A stretch of DNA of 64,000 nucleotides from the human T2T-CHM13v2.0 reference genome, Homo sapiens. The first letter of the stretch is position 1; every line of letters starts with the position of its first letter. The stretch lies in NCBI RefSeq assembly GCF_009914755.1, contig NC_060925.1. The stretch is one strand, 5' to 3'. Positions 13,936 to 26,345 of this stretch are shown here, piece after piece. Both the position numbers and the translations under genes were made by a program. The notes below the pieces were generated by a model. The model had not been told where the DNA came from and ran no database searches. It saw nothing but the letters and a program-made list of their open reading frames with translations.

Positions 13936-14930
13936 CCAAGCCAGTTAATTTTGTCTCAACCTCTCTGCACCCAGGTCACTGGACTGTTAGTTACTGTTGG
14001 CCATGGGGCTCCTTCAAGTAGAAGCTGCAGCTGGCAAACAGGCTACACCCTTCCTGGACCAGTCTTGTGGAGGGAGGTACTCGCAGCTCCTGTGCCATCC
14101 CTGAAACCCACATCTCACCCTACTCAGTGTTCAGAGAGTGGGGGCTCCTATCCAACTCATGCTCTGGCTACAGATCTCAGCTTGATATTCCTGAGCTGTG
14201 TGCTTGAACCCTGGGAGGTTGGGATTGGCTTTGTCCTCTGGCCCCTCAGAGTTGAGCCCTGGCTGTGCTGAGGTGACCATAGTGTCCTAGGCCACTGGCA
14301 AAGTACCCAGGTGGGGCAGTGGAGGCTGTGCAGTGTGCATGCTCTCATGGGAGTGGCCAGGCAGGGGTCTTGGGAGGGGCCAGCAGACAGCGGGGTGTGC
14401 AGATCAGACATGCCCAAGTCCATCAGGAAAGACCACCCTTCTCTCTCCCAGCCTGGCCGTCAGCAGGAGCTAGAGCAACTGGGAGCAAGATGGAAAGCCT
14501 TGGGGAATAGGCATCTATGGTCGCATTTTGCTGTAGCTTCCCTGCATGCAAAACCTTCTGAGCTCCAAGCAGGCTTGAGCTTTGCGTTTGCCTACTCTTC
14601 AGGCAGTTTCTCTTGCAAATTCAGATGTCTATGGGGTCATGGGATCTCTTGTAGCTAGGATCCCAGAGGTCCACGGCAGGAGCATGTTTCCCTGCAGTTT
14701 CTTTTCTCATCCCTTCCTTAGGTTCCCTTCAAGGCCAGGAGCTGCGCCGGCACTCAGCAACTCTGTGCAGGGTTCCAGGCTTTTGCCCTGTTCTACCACA
14801 GTAGACTTCCAGTATATTTTTTTTCTCAAAAGATCTGTTTGAAGTGTGATAGTTTACTTGATATTTTGGTATCTCTCAGTCGGCGAAGTGCTTCCCATCT
14901 GCATCTGGCAGGCTATCTTGTCTCCTCCCA
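13936..14930 (-). mobile_element. Distal 5'UTR of L1 #1 (continuation after the nested L1 #2)
   Basis: GC-richer L1 5'UTR-like sequence ending in a second L1 5'-end motif (reverse complement GGAGGAGACAAGATAGCCTGCCAGATGCAG, about 14899-14928). Confidence 0.75.
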
Positions 14931-15053
14931 TTATTTTCTTTTATCTTACAACAACTTTGTATGTGTATTGACCACAGTCTTTTGTTCTTGTTTCAGTGAG
15001 ATGGGTTTTTCACAGTTTCAGAAGAGGAGTGTAGGCCTTCAGAGCATTCCTGC

Positions 15054-15497
15054 TGTGAAATAAAATAAATCCTGGGGCCCCCAAATCACTAGACTAAAAA
15101 GAAAAGTCAAGCTTGGAATCCCTTAAGGCAAACTTGCCCCCCATTCTATTCAAAGTCACCCCTCTGCTCACTGAGATAAATGCATATGTGATTGCCTCCT
15201 TTGGAGAGGCTAATCAGAAATTCGAAAGAATACAACCATTTGTCTCTTATCTATCTATGACCCGGAAGCCCCCTCCCCACTTGGAGTTGTCCCACCTTTT
15301 GGACCAAACCAGTGTTCATTTTACATATGTTGATTAATGTCTCATGTATCCCTAAAATGTATGAAAGCAAGCTGTGCTCTGACAACCTTGGGCACATGTT
15401 GTCAAGACCTCCTAAGGCTATGGGTGCACATTCTCAACCTTAGCAAAATAAACTTTCTAAATTAACCGAGACTTGTCTCAAATATCTGGGGTTCACA
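15054..15497 (+). mobile_element. ERV1 solo LTR (MER4A1-like)
   Basis: TGTGAAA...GTTCACA termini; internal cccctctgctcactgagataaatgcatat and AATAAA near the 3' end match my recall of MER4-group LTRs. Confidence 0.82.
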
Positions 15498-15560
15498 TTG
15501 CTTCACAGATGTAGAGGTCTCTTTTCTTATTGTTGTGAAGTGGTTAGATATATGATCTCC

Positions 15561-15625
15561 TCGTGCCACTGCACTCCAGCCTGGGTGACAGAGTGAGACT
15601 CCGTCTCAAAAAAAAAAATAAAAAT
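15561..15625 (+). mobile_element. Extremely 5'-truncated Alu (last ~45 nt plus A tail)
   Basis: cgtgccactgcactccagcctgggtgacagagtgagactccgtctc plus poly-A; flanks atatatgatctcct / atatatatctcct look like a TSD. Confidence 0.85.
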
Positions 15626-16219
15626 TATATATATCTCCTTCTTTCTGTGACCTACTTTCTCTGTTCTCTTCCCCTACTTTTATCTGGATCTTTTCTTTGG
15701 TCCTACATGTCTCTATCCTGCTAAATTTAAATTCTACTCATAGTAGATTCTTCTCAATTCTGGTCTTTGACCTAAAAAGGAACTATCATATTTCAAGTTT
15801 TCATATGATACAAACTGACTTGCACCATCTGACTTTTGCTGTACTTTTGCACTTGCAAATTACAGCCCATGAAACCAGTTCCAGTTTTGGTGCTGTTTTA
15901 AGAATGGCTCACTGAACTTTCCAAAATAGATGTCTCCATTTTAAGTCCTTGAGCAATTCAATTTTAGGGTCCTGCAGCTTTCCCAGCTATCAGTAATCCT
16001 TTTACCTACTCCCTGCTTCACCCTTCACAGTTACCATTACTATGTGAAATTTATTCTAGTTAGTTTGACCTCAATTTCTCACATTTTAGAGTTCATGGAG
16101 ATACTTTGTTGTTCACTTTTGTTGTAGATTTTGGCAGCATGTTTTGTATTCCAGTTGCATTGCCTGTTTTGTAGGGGAAATTGGAAAAGTCAAAAACTGT
16201 GCTGCATTCTAAAATATTT

Positions 16220-17170
16220 CTTTGAACTCTTCCCTACATTTCTTCCTAATAATTTTAAAGATTTGCCTTTCTGTATGTAATTATTTATTCCAGCTGACTT
16301 TTATTTTCAAGTAAGATATTAAGTAATGCTTTGACCTTATTTTTCCCATTTATGACATTCCCCCCCCCGCATATATGCATCTTTCCCTCCTCTTAATTGT
16401 AATCTTGTATCTCTTACAAGTGTTCATAGAAACTTGATTCTGTTTGAGTATCTCTATTCTGTATTTCTATCCTTTTACCAAGGCAACTTGATATAATTAT
16501 GGTAATTATACCAAGTAATTATAATTATGGTGTAATTACCATAGTAATTATATTTCTTGATATTTTATAATTCTGCTACCTCCTCCCTGTTCATTGTCTT
16601 GTTCAAAATTTTTTGTCTGTTTTTGTCTTTCTCTCGTCTTATCATTTTATTATCAGCATGATAATTTTGCTAAAAATATTGTGATTTTAGAAAGATTTGA
16701 CTTTTTTAACATATCAATTTTTTTGTACCTATGCATATAGATCACCATTTATTTATGGTGACTTTTATATACTCCATAAAATCTTTATAACTTTCTCCAT
16801 TAATAAATTACAGGTATTTTCTTAGATCCTATTCAATCATTAATAGTGGTGGGACAAATACCACTCTTGCTACTATTACTAAGGAGTATTCTTTCAAATT
16901 TTAAAATAAAATACGATGTTTGTTCTGTATTTTTGGAATTCTTTTTCTCAGGTAATGAAAGATACTTCTATTCCAAGTTTAACATGAGTTTTATCATGAG
17001 TAAGTATTTAATTTTATTGAAGGCCTTTGGCATTTTACATCACGTGTTTTATTTTATTTTAAACTGTTAATGTAATAAGTATGTTACCAGGTTTTTTCCC
17101 CAATATTAAACCATTCTTGTATTACTGGGTTAAATCCACCCTGCGTGTGATGCATATATCATGATTTATA
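16220..17170 (-). mobile_element. Highly diverged ancient L1M ORF2 fragment(s)
   Basis: T-rich sequence with L1 antisense remnants (e.g. aaccattcttgtattactgggttaaatccacc). Boundaries uncertain. Confidence 0.5.
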
Positions 17171-17922
17171 TGTCACATGACACAAATTCAGAAATAAGAC
17201 TTTTGGCAATTGGCTCCTGTCTTTCACAAATGTTTTCAAACGATGGTGGAACAAAGTACTTGTCTTCATTAAGGAATGAGTGGCATAGAAAAGAGGGCAA
17301 AGAAAAATGGAATATTAGTGAATAGCTCTTCTTTGGGAAACAGAGAGCTGGAAAGTGGATCCCCACATCTTGGTATTCTCCAAGCCTACTCTTACCAGAC
17401 CACTGCTGTTGTAGAAATCACAACTGGCCACTGAACCAAGACACCAGATCATCTCCAGGACTGAGACAGATCTGTATCATGCAGCTGGGTCCTAGAACTT
17501 CCAGCTGACTAGCTCCATAGGCTCAAACCAAATATTCATTAGCCTTATAATAAAGAAATTCACGAATATATGAGATGCATTTTTTTGCATTCTGTCTACT
17601 CCATATACAGTTTTGCTAAGAGAGGTGCTCTCTGCCAGTAGGCCTGAAATTTAAATGAATTGAACCTCATAATTTGGAGCCTTGATGAAATGGAAATGTT
17701 GACTTATTTCAGAATCCAACTTGAAGCCAGGACAATTTAAGATACAGCCTTGAAGCTGAGAATATTGAAGTGCTAGGTCTTTCCAAGAAATCTTATTTAA
17801 ATGTTCTCTCTTAGTCATAGAAGTGAACCTCAGAAAAAACTGGATTAAGAGGTAGTTTATTTCCTCCTGAGGCTATTGTTTCAAATTTACTCAAAGGAGC
17901 AACCATTAAGATGAAGCAAATG

Positions 17923-18200
17923 CCAGCACTTTGGGAGGTCGAGGCGGGCGGATCACGAGGTCAGGAGATCGAGACCATCCTGGCTAACACAGTGAAACCC
18001 CGTCTCTACTAAAAATACAAAAAAAAAAAAAAATTACCTAGGCGTGGTGGCGGGCGCCTGTAGTCCCAGCTACTCAGGAGGCTGAGGCAGGAGAATGGAG
18101 TGAACCTGGGAGGTGGAGCTTGCAGTGAGCCTAGATTGCGCTGCTGCACTCCAGCCTGGGCGACAAAGTGAGACTCCGTCTCAAAAAAAAAAAAAAAAAA
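17923..18200 (+). mobile_element. AluY, lacking about 30 nt at the 5' end
   Basis: gagatcgagaccatcctggctaacac and gagcttgcagtgagc diagnostics, pure A tail, perfect 15-bp TSD aagatgaagcaaatg. Confidence 0.95.
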
Positions 18201-18269
18201 AGATGAAGCAAATGGGGCAAAGAGGCCCACAAATAAATGACTAAATGACTAAAACTTTTAGTCTAAAAG

Positions 18270-18561
18270 AGTGCTTCTCAAACTATCTGTGTGAAGGACT
18301 CATCTCCCCCACCGCTTCATTGCAGACCAATTCTTTGTAAAATACAATGAAAATAAATTACTATGAAAACGACATATAAAAGAAAAATAAAGACATAAAA
18401 ATAAACACATTTTTAATTATCATATGTAACAGATAGAATTACTCTTTCAAAATGCTATAACAATTTCTCAATTTTATTATCTATTTCTGTTCTTGTCATG
18501 GAACAATTAAAAAACTGTTCACTGGCTGTCACTGGTCCTTGGGCCACACTGAGTAGCACTG
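18270..18561. mobile_element. hAT-Charlie-type non-autonomous DNA transposon (possibly Charlie18a)
   Basis: Terminal inverted repeats agtgcttctca / tgagtagcactg; internal similarity to the copy at 61368-62192. Subfamily name tentative. Confidence 0.65.
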
Positions 18562-21411
18562 CTCTGAAGACTGTACGTCTCTAGATAAGATCTTTGGCTG
18601 TCATTACTTGCTCACTGACGTGACTAGAAACCAATAGATGGGAAAGCTTTGAGAAATTTCTCTATGTCAAAAATAACATGCCCATCTAGACACAGCCTGT
18701 GACTGTTTAACTTCTAAAACAATCCCCTTGGCCCACCTCCAAACTCACGTCAACATCAAGTTTATTGGAAAACATGCAACACCTAGGTATTAATACATCC
18801 TCTTTAACATTCATCTCAGCTGTGATCAAATAGACAGAAGAATCTTCCAGAGTACAAAACCAGAGAGAAGTGAGGAAGACAGAGTCTTGGCAGAAAGCAT
18901 CACCCTATGCATATATCAAGTTGACTAAAGTGGAAGTATTTCCTCTGCTTGGATAAAGAATCCTTATGATTATTGTACCTTGGGACTTAATATGCCCTGT
19001 AGACGATTGGTTTTCTTAATTCTTTTTTTTTTTTTAAATAAGAAGGGTTATTGTAGTAATCCTATTTACTCTACATTCTATATAAGTAGAATTCTTTGAA
19101 GGGGCATTTATGGGAAAGGTTTTCTTTTAAAATTAGACAGACATTCCCCTTCCTTCTTCTTCCTGCCTTGAACATTGATTAGATGTCTGGAGCTGCAATA
19201 ACCATTTTTCAGACATGAGATACAAATCATGAACTAGATCTTGGAAACTGCAGTAACCCATTTTCCAGGCATGAAATCCAAACATGAAAATGAAAGAGTA
19301 GGAAAACTAAGACCCTGAGACATTATGGCTTTGTTGAGGAATTAACCAATGTTAGCCATTGTGGAACGCTGGATTTTCTAATATGAAAAAAGTTCACATT
19401 AAGCTATATCTAACATTCTACTTATTACATATTTAACATTATCTTTTGTCTTCTTCTGTAGCTGTTGTAAAGTTGGCTATCAGTTTTAGTTATTGCTCAT
19501 TTGTGGATGATGTCTGTTTTTTTCTTTAATGTTTTTCAGTTTCACTACACTGTGTCTGAGTCTGGATTTCATTTTATTTATCCTGCCTGATCTAATGTGC
19601 ATTTTCAACCTGAGAATTTATGTCTACTATAAATTTGGAAAAGTTTCTGTAATTTCTCTTGAATATTGATTCTCATTCTCTGCAAGCAAGTTTTTCTCTA
19701 TGCTTTTTTTTTCTCCAAAAAACACTACTAAAATTGTCTCTGTTCTCTGAAAAAATTTTTTCTGTCTTACACTCTGGTTTTACATGCATGAAATATTTTT
19801 GTCTTCTTAATTGCACTGGAATCTCTAGATTTGAAGAAACTGTTTTTTAAACTTGTTCATATGCCTTGCTAAGACATGGTACAATGACTGCCACACCTTA
19901 ATGCCTGATTAGTATTAGAATTATTTTAGTTTTCTCTGTCATGTTTCAAAGCAACAGACTCATTTTATTTTCATGTCTCTGGGCATTTCTCTCCTTAAAC
20001 AGTTAAATAATTTAAAAGATTGTAATACTCCAAATTAAATAAATACATATTTTGTATACAAATAATTTCACTTAAAGAGTTTATAAAATAAAGATAATGG
20101 CTTCTTCCATTTCAATTATTATCAAGAGTTATAGATGGAGAGGAATAAAAATCCTCAGTGAAAATGAAAATGAATTCGAATGATGTTAATAGAATCAAAT
20201 CTCTAGTAACATTACCTTAAGCAAGATTGATTTAAAATGTAATATAAAGTCATTAAGAAGTATATTCTTCTATGCACATTTTCCCAGTGAGGATAAATAT
20301 TGTTTTAAATGAGATAAATTGACTGAATATGTATTCTTGCTGCATCATTTCAACTAAGCATGAGATCTGACATTCCTGTGGGATTCTGTCTTTCCAGAGT
20401 TGGTTGTCTTATGTGTCTAGCCTTACGGATATTTGGTTACAAGGAATGGGAAACAACTCAAGTCAAATTAAACAAAAATAGAAGGCATCAAATGCAAGTA
20501 AGATTTACGTTTTATATTTTTCTTTGTTGGTCTGGTTAGATGTATATTAATTTATTCACTTTTTTAGGAATCAGAGTCTGGTTACTTTAATTTTCTTCAT
20601 TGTTTTCATTTTCAGTTTTATTCACTTTTGCTCTTCATTGCTTATTTTCTTCTGTTTACTTGGGGTTTATACTAACTCCTTTTATGATTTCTTAGTGGAA
20701 GCACATATCATTGAGATGAGACCCTTCCTATTTTTAATTTCATAATTGAATGCTATAACTGCCTCCAGTACTGCTTTGGCCGTCTCTCATAGATTGTTAT
20801 TACTGAGTTTTATTCTCATTTGTTTCAAAATGTTTTCCAGTTTTCTTTCTAATTCCTCCTTGAAACATGGTGTGTCTTATTTAAAAGAGTGTTATTTAAT
20901 TTATAATTATCTGAAAGTTTTCCAGCTATCTTTCTTTTATTGATTTCTAGTTTAATTCCATTATGATCATAGGTCATATTTTATAAGATTTAAATCCTTC
21001 TATTTTGTTAAGCTTTGATTTTTTCCCCCAAAATATGATCTACCATGGTGAATAGTCTATGTGTACTTGCAAAACTGTGTACTCTGATGCTTTTGGGTGG
21101 CAATTAAGTCAGAGTAGTTTTTAATGTTATTCAGATGTTCCATATCCTTTCTGATTTTTCCATCTTTCTGTTTTATCAATTTATTTAGAGAAAAATGCTG
21201 AAGTCCTCAACTTTAAGTGTAGACTTACCTATTTCTCCTTCCCTTCTTTTAGTCTGCATCATGTATTTTGAAGCCCTACTGTTAGGAACATAAGCATGTC
21301 TTTTTGGTGAATTGAGCCCTTTATCAATAGGTAACACCCTTCTTTATCTCTAGTACTATTCTTTGTTTTGAATTTTGAATTATTAGGTATTAACATAGTT
21401 ACTCTTTTCTT

Positions 21412-21465
21412 TTAATTAATGTATGCATGCTATGTCTCTTAATTAATGTATGCATGCTTTGTCTT
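21412..21465. repeat. 27-bp tandem duplication
   Basis: ttaattaatgtatgcatgct(a/t)tgtct(c/t) present twice. Confidence 0.9.
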
Positions 21466-21974
21466 TTAATACATTTTTACTTGTAAACCAATCTAAATGT
21501 TTATATTTAAAAGTATGTTTCTTATAGACATGATTATGGTTATTCATTTTAATATGATCTGATGAAGTATGGCTTTAATTTTTGTGTTTTGATAATATAC
21601 ATAGACAGTAAGTATTTTTATGGCTTGGTTAATATCTATCATCTTGGTAGTTTTTCTTTTTCTGTTTTTTTCCTTCTGTTTTAGATTACATCTTAACGAG
21701 TATTTTTTATTATATTTTATCTCTATTATTGGCTTATTATTTCTACCCTCATTTTAATTTATTTTAATTCTTGACCTTGGGCTTGCAATATACATCTTTA
21801 ATTAATCAAAGCCTATCTTCAAATAGTATTATTCCACTTCAAACATGGTATGGGAATTTATGACTGTGTACTCAACAATATCTCTAGTCTATGTTTTTTG
21901 GCTATTGTTTTATGTTTTAGTTTCACTTATGTGCCCAACCCACAAATCATTGCTTATTTTAAGAGTAGAAAATG

Positions 21975-22272
21975 GGCCGGGCACAGTAGCTCACGCCTGT
22001 AATCCCAGCACTTTGGGAGGCTGAGGCGGGCAGATCACGAGGTCAGGAGATCAAGACCATCCTGGCTAACACGGTGAAACCCCCTCTCCACTAAAAATAC
22101 AAAAAATTAGCCGGGCAAGGTGGCGGGCGCCTGTAGTCCCAGCTACTCGGGAGGCCGAGGCAGGAGAATGGCGTGAACCCTAGGGGGCAGAGCCTGCAGT
22201 GAGCCGAGATCACGCCACTGCACTCCAGCCTGGGCGACAGAGAGACTCCGACTCAAAAAAAAAAAAAAAAAA
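21975..22272 (+). mobile_element. AluY
   Basis: Full dimer with ggctaacacggtg and gagaatggcgtgaacc, many CpGs retained, TSD agtagaaaatg. Confidence 0.95.
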
Positions 22273-22714
22273 AGTAGAAAATGATTTTTTAGAGATATTA
22301 AAAATAAGAAAAATAATTCTTTTATTTTTTTAACCATTTCTAGGAATCCTCATTTCTTTATGTATATTCAAGTTTCTGTGTGATGTCATAATCTTTTTTC
22401 CTAAAGAACGTCCTTTCACATTTCTTATAGTTCATATCTGCTGTTAAAGAATGCTCCTAGTTTTTCTTTGTTAGAAAAAGTATTTATCTCTCAGTTTTAA
22501 ATGATATCTTTATTATGTATAGTGTCAATAGTATTTTTCTTTCGGCACTTTGAAAATGTCACTCTATTTTTTCTAGCATGCACAATTTCTGGCAAGAAGT
22601 CTGCTGTATTTGTTCTCTGTGTTTTTTTTCTATGTAATGTGACTCTTTCTCTGGATGACTTTGAGATTTTCTTTTTATCTTTTGTGGTCAGCATTTTGAA
22701 TATCATGTTTCTAG

Positions 22715-23023
22715 ATATTTATTATCATTATTATTATTTTGGAAAAATAGGGTTTCACTCTATTGCAGATGCTGGAGTATAGTGGTGGGATCATACCTCA
22801 CTGCAGCCTCGAACTTCTGGGCTTAAGTGATCCTCCCATTTCAGCCTCTCAAGTAGCCAGGACCACAGGTGTGCACCACCATGCCTGGCTAATTTTTGTA
22901 TTTTCATTTTTGGAGATGGAATCTCATTTTACATCCCAGGCTGGTCTGGAACTCCTAGCCTCAAACAGTTCTTCCGCCTCAGTCTTCTGAGTTGGGATTA
23001 CAGGTGTGAGCCACACACCTGGC
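22715..23023 (-). mobile_element. AluJ
   Basis: Diverged antisense Alu with J-type cactgcagcctcgaacttctgggcttaagtgatcc. Confidence 0.88.
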
Positions 23024-23348
23024 TATTTTGTCCTGTTTGAGCTTCTCTGAGCCTCTAGGACCTGTGATTTTATGTTTTTAGTATTTTTGGAGACTTTTTA
23101 GCCACTCTCTTCAAATATTTCTTCAATGATGTCTCCCCCACCCACTACCCAAGTTTTAGTTTGGATTATTTCTATGGACCTTTCTTCAGGTCACTTATTC
23201 TTTCCTTGGCTGTCTCAAGTCTACTGATAGACAAGTTAAAGGTATTCTTCATCTCCATTACTATGATTCTTCCCCCTAGCATTTTAATTTGACTCTTTTT
23301 CCTTTTACATCTCTACAATGTTTTCACAACCACTTCTTCCATTCTCCA

Positions 23349-23941
23349 TGTATTAGTTATCTATGCTGAATAACAAGTTAATCAAACTTGGCAGCTTGAA
23401 AAAAACAAATATTTATCATTTCACAATTTTTGTGGACCAGAAATCTGGAAGCAGCTTAGCTGACCAGAAATCTGGAAGCAGCTTAGCTGACCAGAAATCT
23501 GGAAGCAGCTTAGCTGAGAGATCTGGCTCAGGTTCTCTCATGTGGTTACAATCAAGCCATAGGACAGGGCTGCTGTCATCTGAAGGCTTGCCTGGAGATG
23601 GAGATTCTACTTCCAAGATGGCTCACTTCTACGGCTGTAGGCAGTGGGTCTCAGTTCCTCGACACCTATTGACAAAGGCCCTGGCTTATCATCATGTGGG
23701 CCTTTTCATATGTCTGTCTGTCTTGACAACATGACAGTTGATGTTTTCCAAAGGAAGTGACCAAAGAAAGAGCAAGGCAGAAGCAACACATTTTTTTATG
23801 ACCTAGTCTTGGATGTAAAATACCATCACTTTGGCTATATCTTATTTATTAAGTCCAGCCTACACCCAAAAGGAAGCAAATTAAGCTTCACCTCTTTAAA
23901 GGAATTTCAAGAAATTTGTGGACACATTTTAAATGGCCATA
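23349..23941 (-). mobile_element. MaLR LTR (MLT1F-like)
   Basis: Begins tgtattagttatct (reverse complement of the MLT1 3' end); ttccaagatggctcac and gggctgctgtcatctgaaggcttg motifs. Confidence 0.75.
23435..23515. repeat. Perfect 27-bp x3 tandem repeat
   Basis: gaccagaaatctggaagcagcttagct, three identical copies. Confidence 0.97.
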
Positions 23942-24089
23942 GCCTTGCTAAACCAAGTTTCAGCCTGAATGGTTACTTCCTTGGTTAGTTTTTGAGGCTG
24001 TCTTAAAACTGGATTGGTATCTCTTGTTAGTTCTCAGGAGGTACTTTGTCTAGTAGGCATTACATTTTTCAAAGTATTTCCTCTTTACT

Positions 24090-24610
24090 AGTCTGTCTTC
24101 TGTACTATAGAATAAGCAACTTGAAGGCAAAGATTGTGTCTTACTACATTTGTATCTCCAAGCCTGGCACAGTGCTTGGCCTTTGGTAGGCTTTCAACCA
24201 ATGTTCATGGAAAAACAAATCATGCCACTCAACGAGGCACCTTTTCTGCCTTACCACATGATAAGCAGAGAAGGAGAGGGGTAGAAATAAATTGTATGGT
24301 GCACTCCCTGTTGTGCCTTGCAATCTGTATACATTATCTTATTTAGTGACAGACTGAAACTTTGATAGAAGCATAATCATATGGTAGGAAAGGATAAATA
24401 ATTGTGCTTTTATACTCTCTTGCTACTTACTGCTGCAGAGTCTTGGGCAGCTAATTAAGACTCTAAGAACCTTAGTTTTCTCCTAAAAACATGAAAGAAT
24501 ATAATAATAATTGCCTTACCAACTTCACATTGTTTTAGTGAGGAGCAAATAAGACAATGTAAATGAAAGAGAGATACAAACTATACATATTATACAAGTA
24601 TGTTAATATT
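24090..24610 (+). mobile_element. L2 3' end followed by a MIR fragment
   Basis: gaaggcaaagattgtgtctt...cctggcacagtgcttggc (L2 tail); ctacttactgctg...ccttagttttctcctaaaa (MIR core). Confidence 0.55.
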
Positions 24611-25254
24611 ATTATTTCTCAAATTTTTATAGAGCATAGGTGATATTGCCAAACATGAAGAAGATGCTTCAATTTTCAGGAATTTAATCAAAGGTGAAAC
24701 CGTTATTCCACTGATAATCAGTAAGTTCCAAGGTCATTCATTCATTTAATATTGATTAACTCCTACCATATGCATATTCAAGACACAGCCCCTGTGTTCA
24801 GACACCTCAGTGTCTTCAGTTAAGTCCAGGATCCTGCAAAGTTTTCAAAATCTTTTTATACAAAGCTCTTATAAATTCACTGGTAAGAATCAGCACTTTT
24901 AAAATGACAGAGGAAGGTTACTAAAACAGCAGTGCAAACGGTGAGCTAGAGGCCTTAGTCATTTCCTGAATCAGAAGTCTGGTGGCCCCTGCTCCTGCAG
25001 CAACATTGGCTCTCCTCTAAGAGCAGAAAGTGTTGGTGCCTGGCATTCAGCAAGTGCTCATTGTTCGTTAAAGGAATTAAACAAATGACTATCTCTTATA
25101 TAAGAATCATCAGATGCTACATCTGGACTGGATGGCTAATCTAGCTTCCTGATTTTGCAAAGGAAGTAATAGAAGCTCAGTAAGGTCAATAAGTTCCAAG
25201 CTTATATAGGCATGAAATAGCAGAGTTTAAACTCTAAGAAATGTTCTGACTCCT

Positions 25255-25355
25255 TATTTTGTGCATTTCTCTCATTTGCATTCTCTCTCAGCATTTCTCT
25301 CAGCATTGTGCGTTCTCTCTCAGCATTCTGCTCCTCATTTTGTGCGTTTCTCTCA
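25255..25355. repeat. Degenerate CT-rich minisatellite (cagcatt(c)tctct / ttgtgcgtt units)
   Basis: Interleaved repeats of tctctcagcatt and ttgtgc(a/g)tt(t)ctctc. Confidence 0.8.
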
Positions 25356-25464
25356 AAATATTGGACTCTACTTTGAGAGATTATTAATATAATTAGCTTT
25401 GCATTTGAATAATGAAGAAAAAATAACACTGATTTACCTAATAAACTTCTTCAAAGAAATACAT

Positions 25465-26345
25465 ATCAGCCCCTAAAGTCAAACCTGTGTCCATTGTGGG
25501 AAATAGTTGTCGGAAATAGGGGAACTCTTAGGGTACATGTGCCATTTTCTATGTCTGTTTTGGCTTTATGCAAGGAGAAATGTGGCTAGTTTTCAGAGAA
25601 TCCAGGAATTTGTTAAGTTGATCATGTTCTTTGATTTAACTTGGCATGACTTGAAAGTATTATCATCTATTTGCTGTGCCATGGAGAAGTGGAGGAAGAA
25701 GTGTGTGGTTAAGCCAGTCAATTATGACATGGTTAGAAAAGTAACTCGGGGAAAAGACAAAACAGCCACTCTGTTTCAGTTTGTTTGGTTGAGGCACTTA
25801 AGACATATACTAATGCAGACCAGACTCCCCAGAAAGGCAAACTCTCCTGGGTATGAATATTATTACTCAATATGCCCCTGACATTAGGAGGAAGCTACAA
25901 AAAGCAGCAGTGGGACTTTAAACCCCTACGAGCCAGCTCTTAAACATGACCTTTAAGGTTTACAACAATAGGCACAGGGCAAAAGAGAGAGAGAGAGAAC
26001 CAAAATAAATAGTAAAAAAGTGTAATTGTTAGCAGTTGTCTTAGGCCTTCTGTCAACTCAGAATTACCCATCCCAAGAAAGTGTCATGAGATCAGCATCT
26101 GGGATGCCCAGATGACAGCCCTTGACTTGCCAGCCCCTGAGACAAAATCACTGTGCCTTCTTCAGGAATGAGGGCCATTGGTCATGAGAATGTTCTAACT
26201 GTCCCTGGTGCATGGAAAAAAAGACTCTTCATCAATCTGTCCAGCCAGAAATGAAACCCAGGGCTTCCTCCATGTTCTAAAAATTCTGGGTAATAATTGC
26301 GTGGGAAGGAGACTCATAGGCTTTCTGATACTAGAACTAGCTTTC
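25465..26345 (+). pseudogene. ERV1 gag remnant (capsid C-terminal region, CCHC zinc knuckle) and start of pro
   Basis: VKPVNYDMVRKVTRGKD (ORF 25507-25881); in another frame ITQYAPDIRRKLQK...FKVYNNR; decayed knuckle CAFFRNEGHW.xEC at about 26150-26195. Frameshifted. Confidence 0.85.

Larger units (their letters stand above)
20500..23330 (-). mobile_element. Ancient L1M fragment (endonuclease / ORF1 region), interrupted by two Alus
   Basis: Antisense L1 motifs (ttgatttctagtttaattccatt, gaattgagccctttatca, ctggcaagaagtctgctgt); ORF 22497-22706 contains the ORF1-like ADFLPEIVHAR. Confidence 0.65.

Noticed and set aside
12572-14842. Cluster of 90-180 aa ORFs on both strands
   Set aside because: They lie in GC-richer L1 5'UTR sequence where stops are rarer; overlapping, with no recognisable domains.
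23435-23515. 27-bp direct repeats resembling a CRISPR array
   Set aside because: Head-to-tail with no spacers, no cas genes, and inside a mammalian LTR.
25202-25429. Charged coiled-coil-like ORF (ERNAQNEEQNAERER...)
   Set aside because: Translation artefact of the CT-rich minisatellite.
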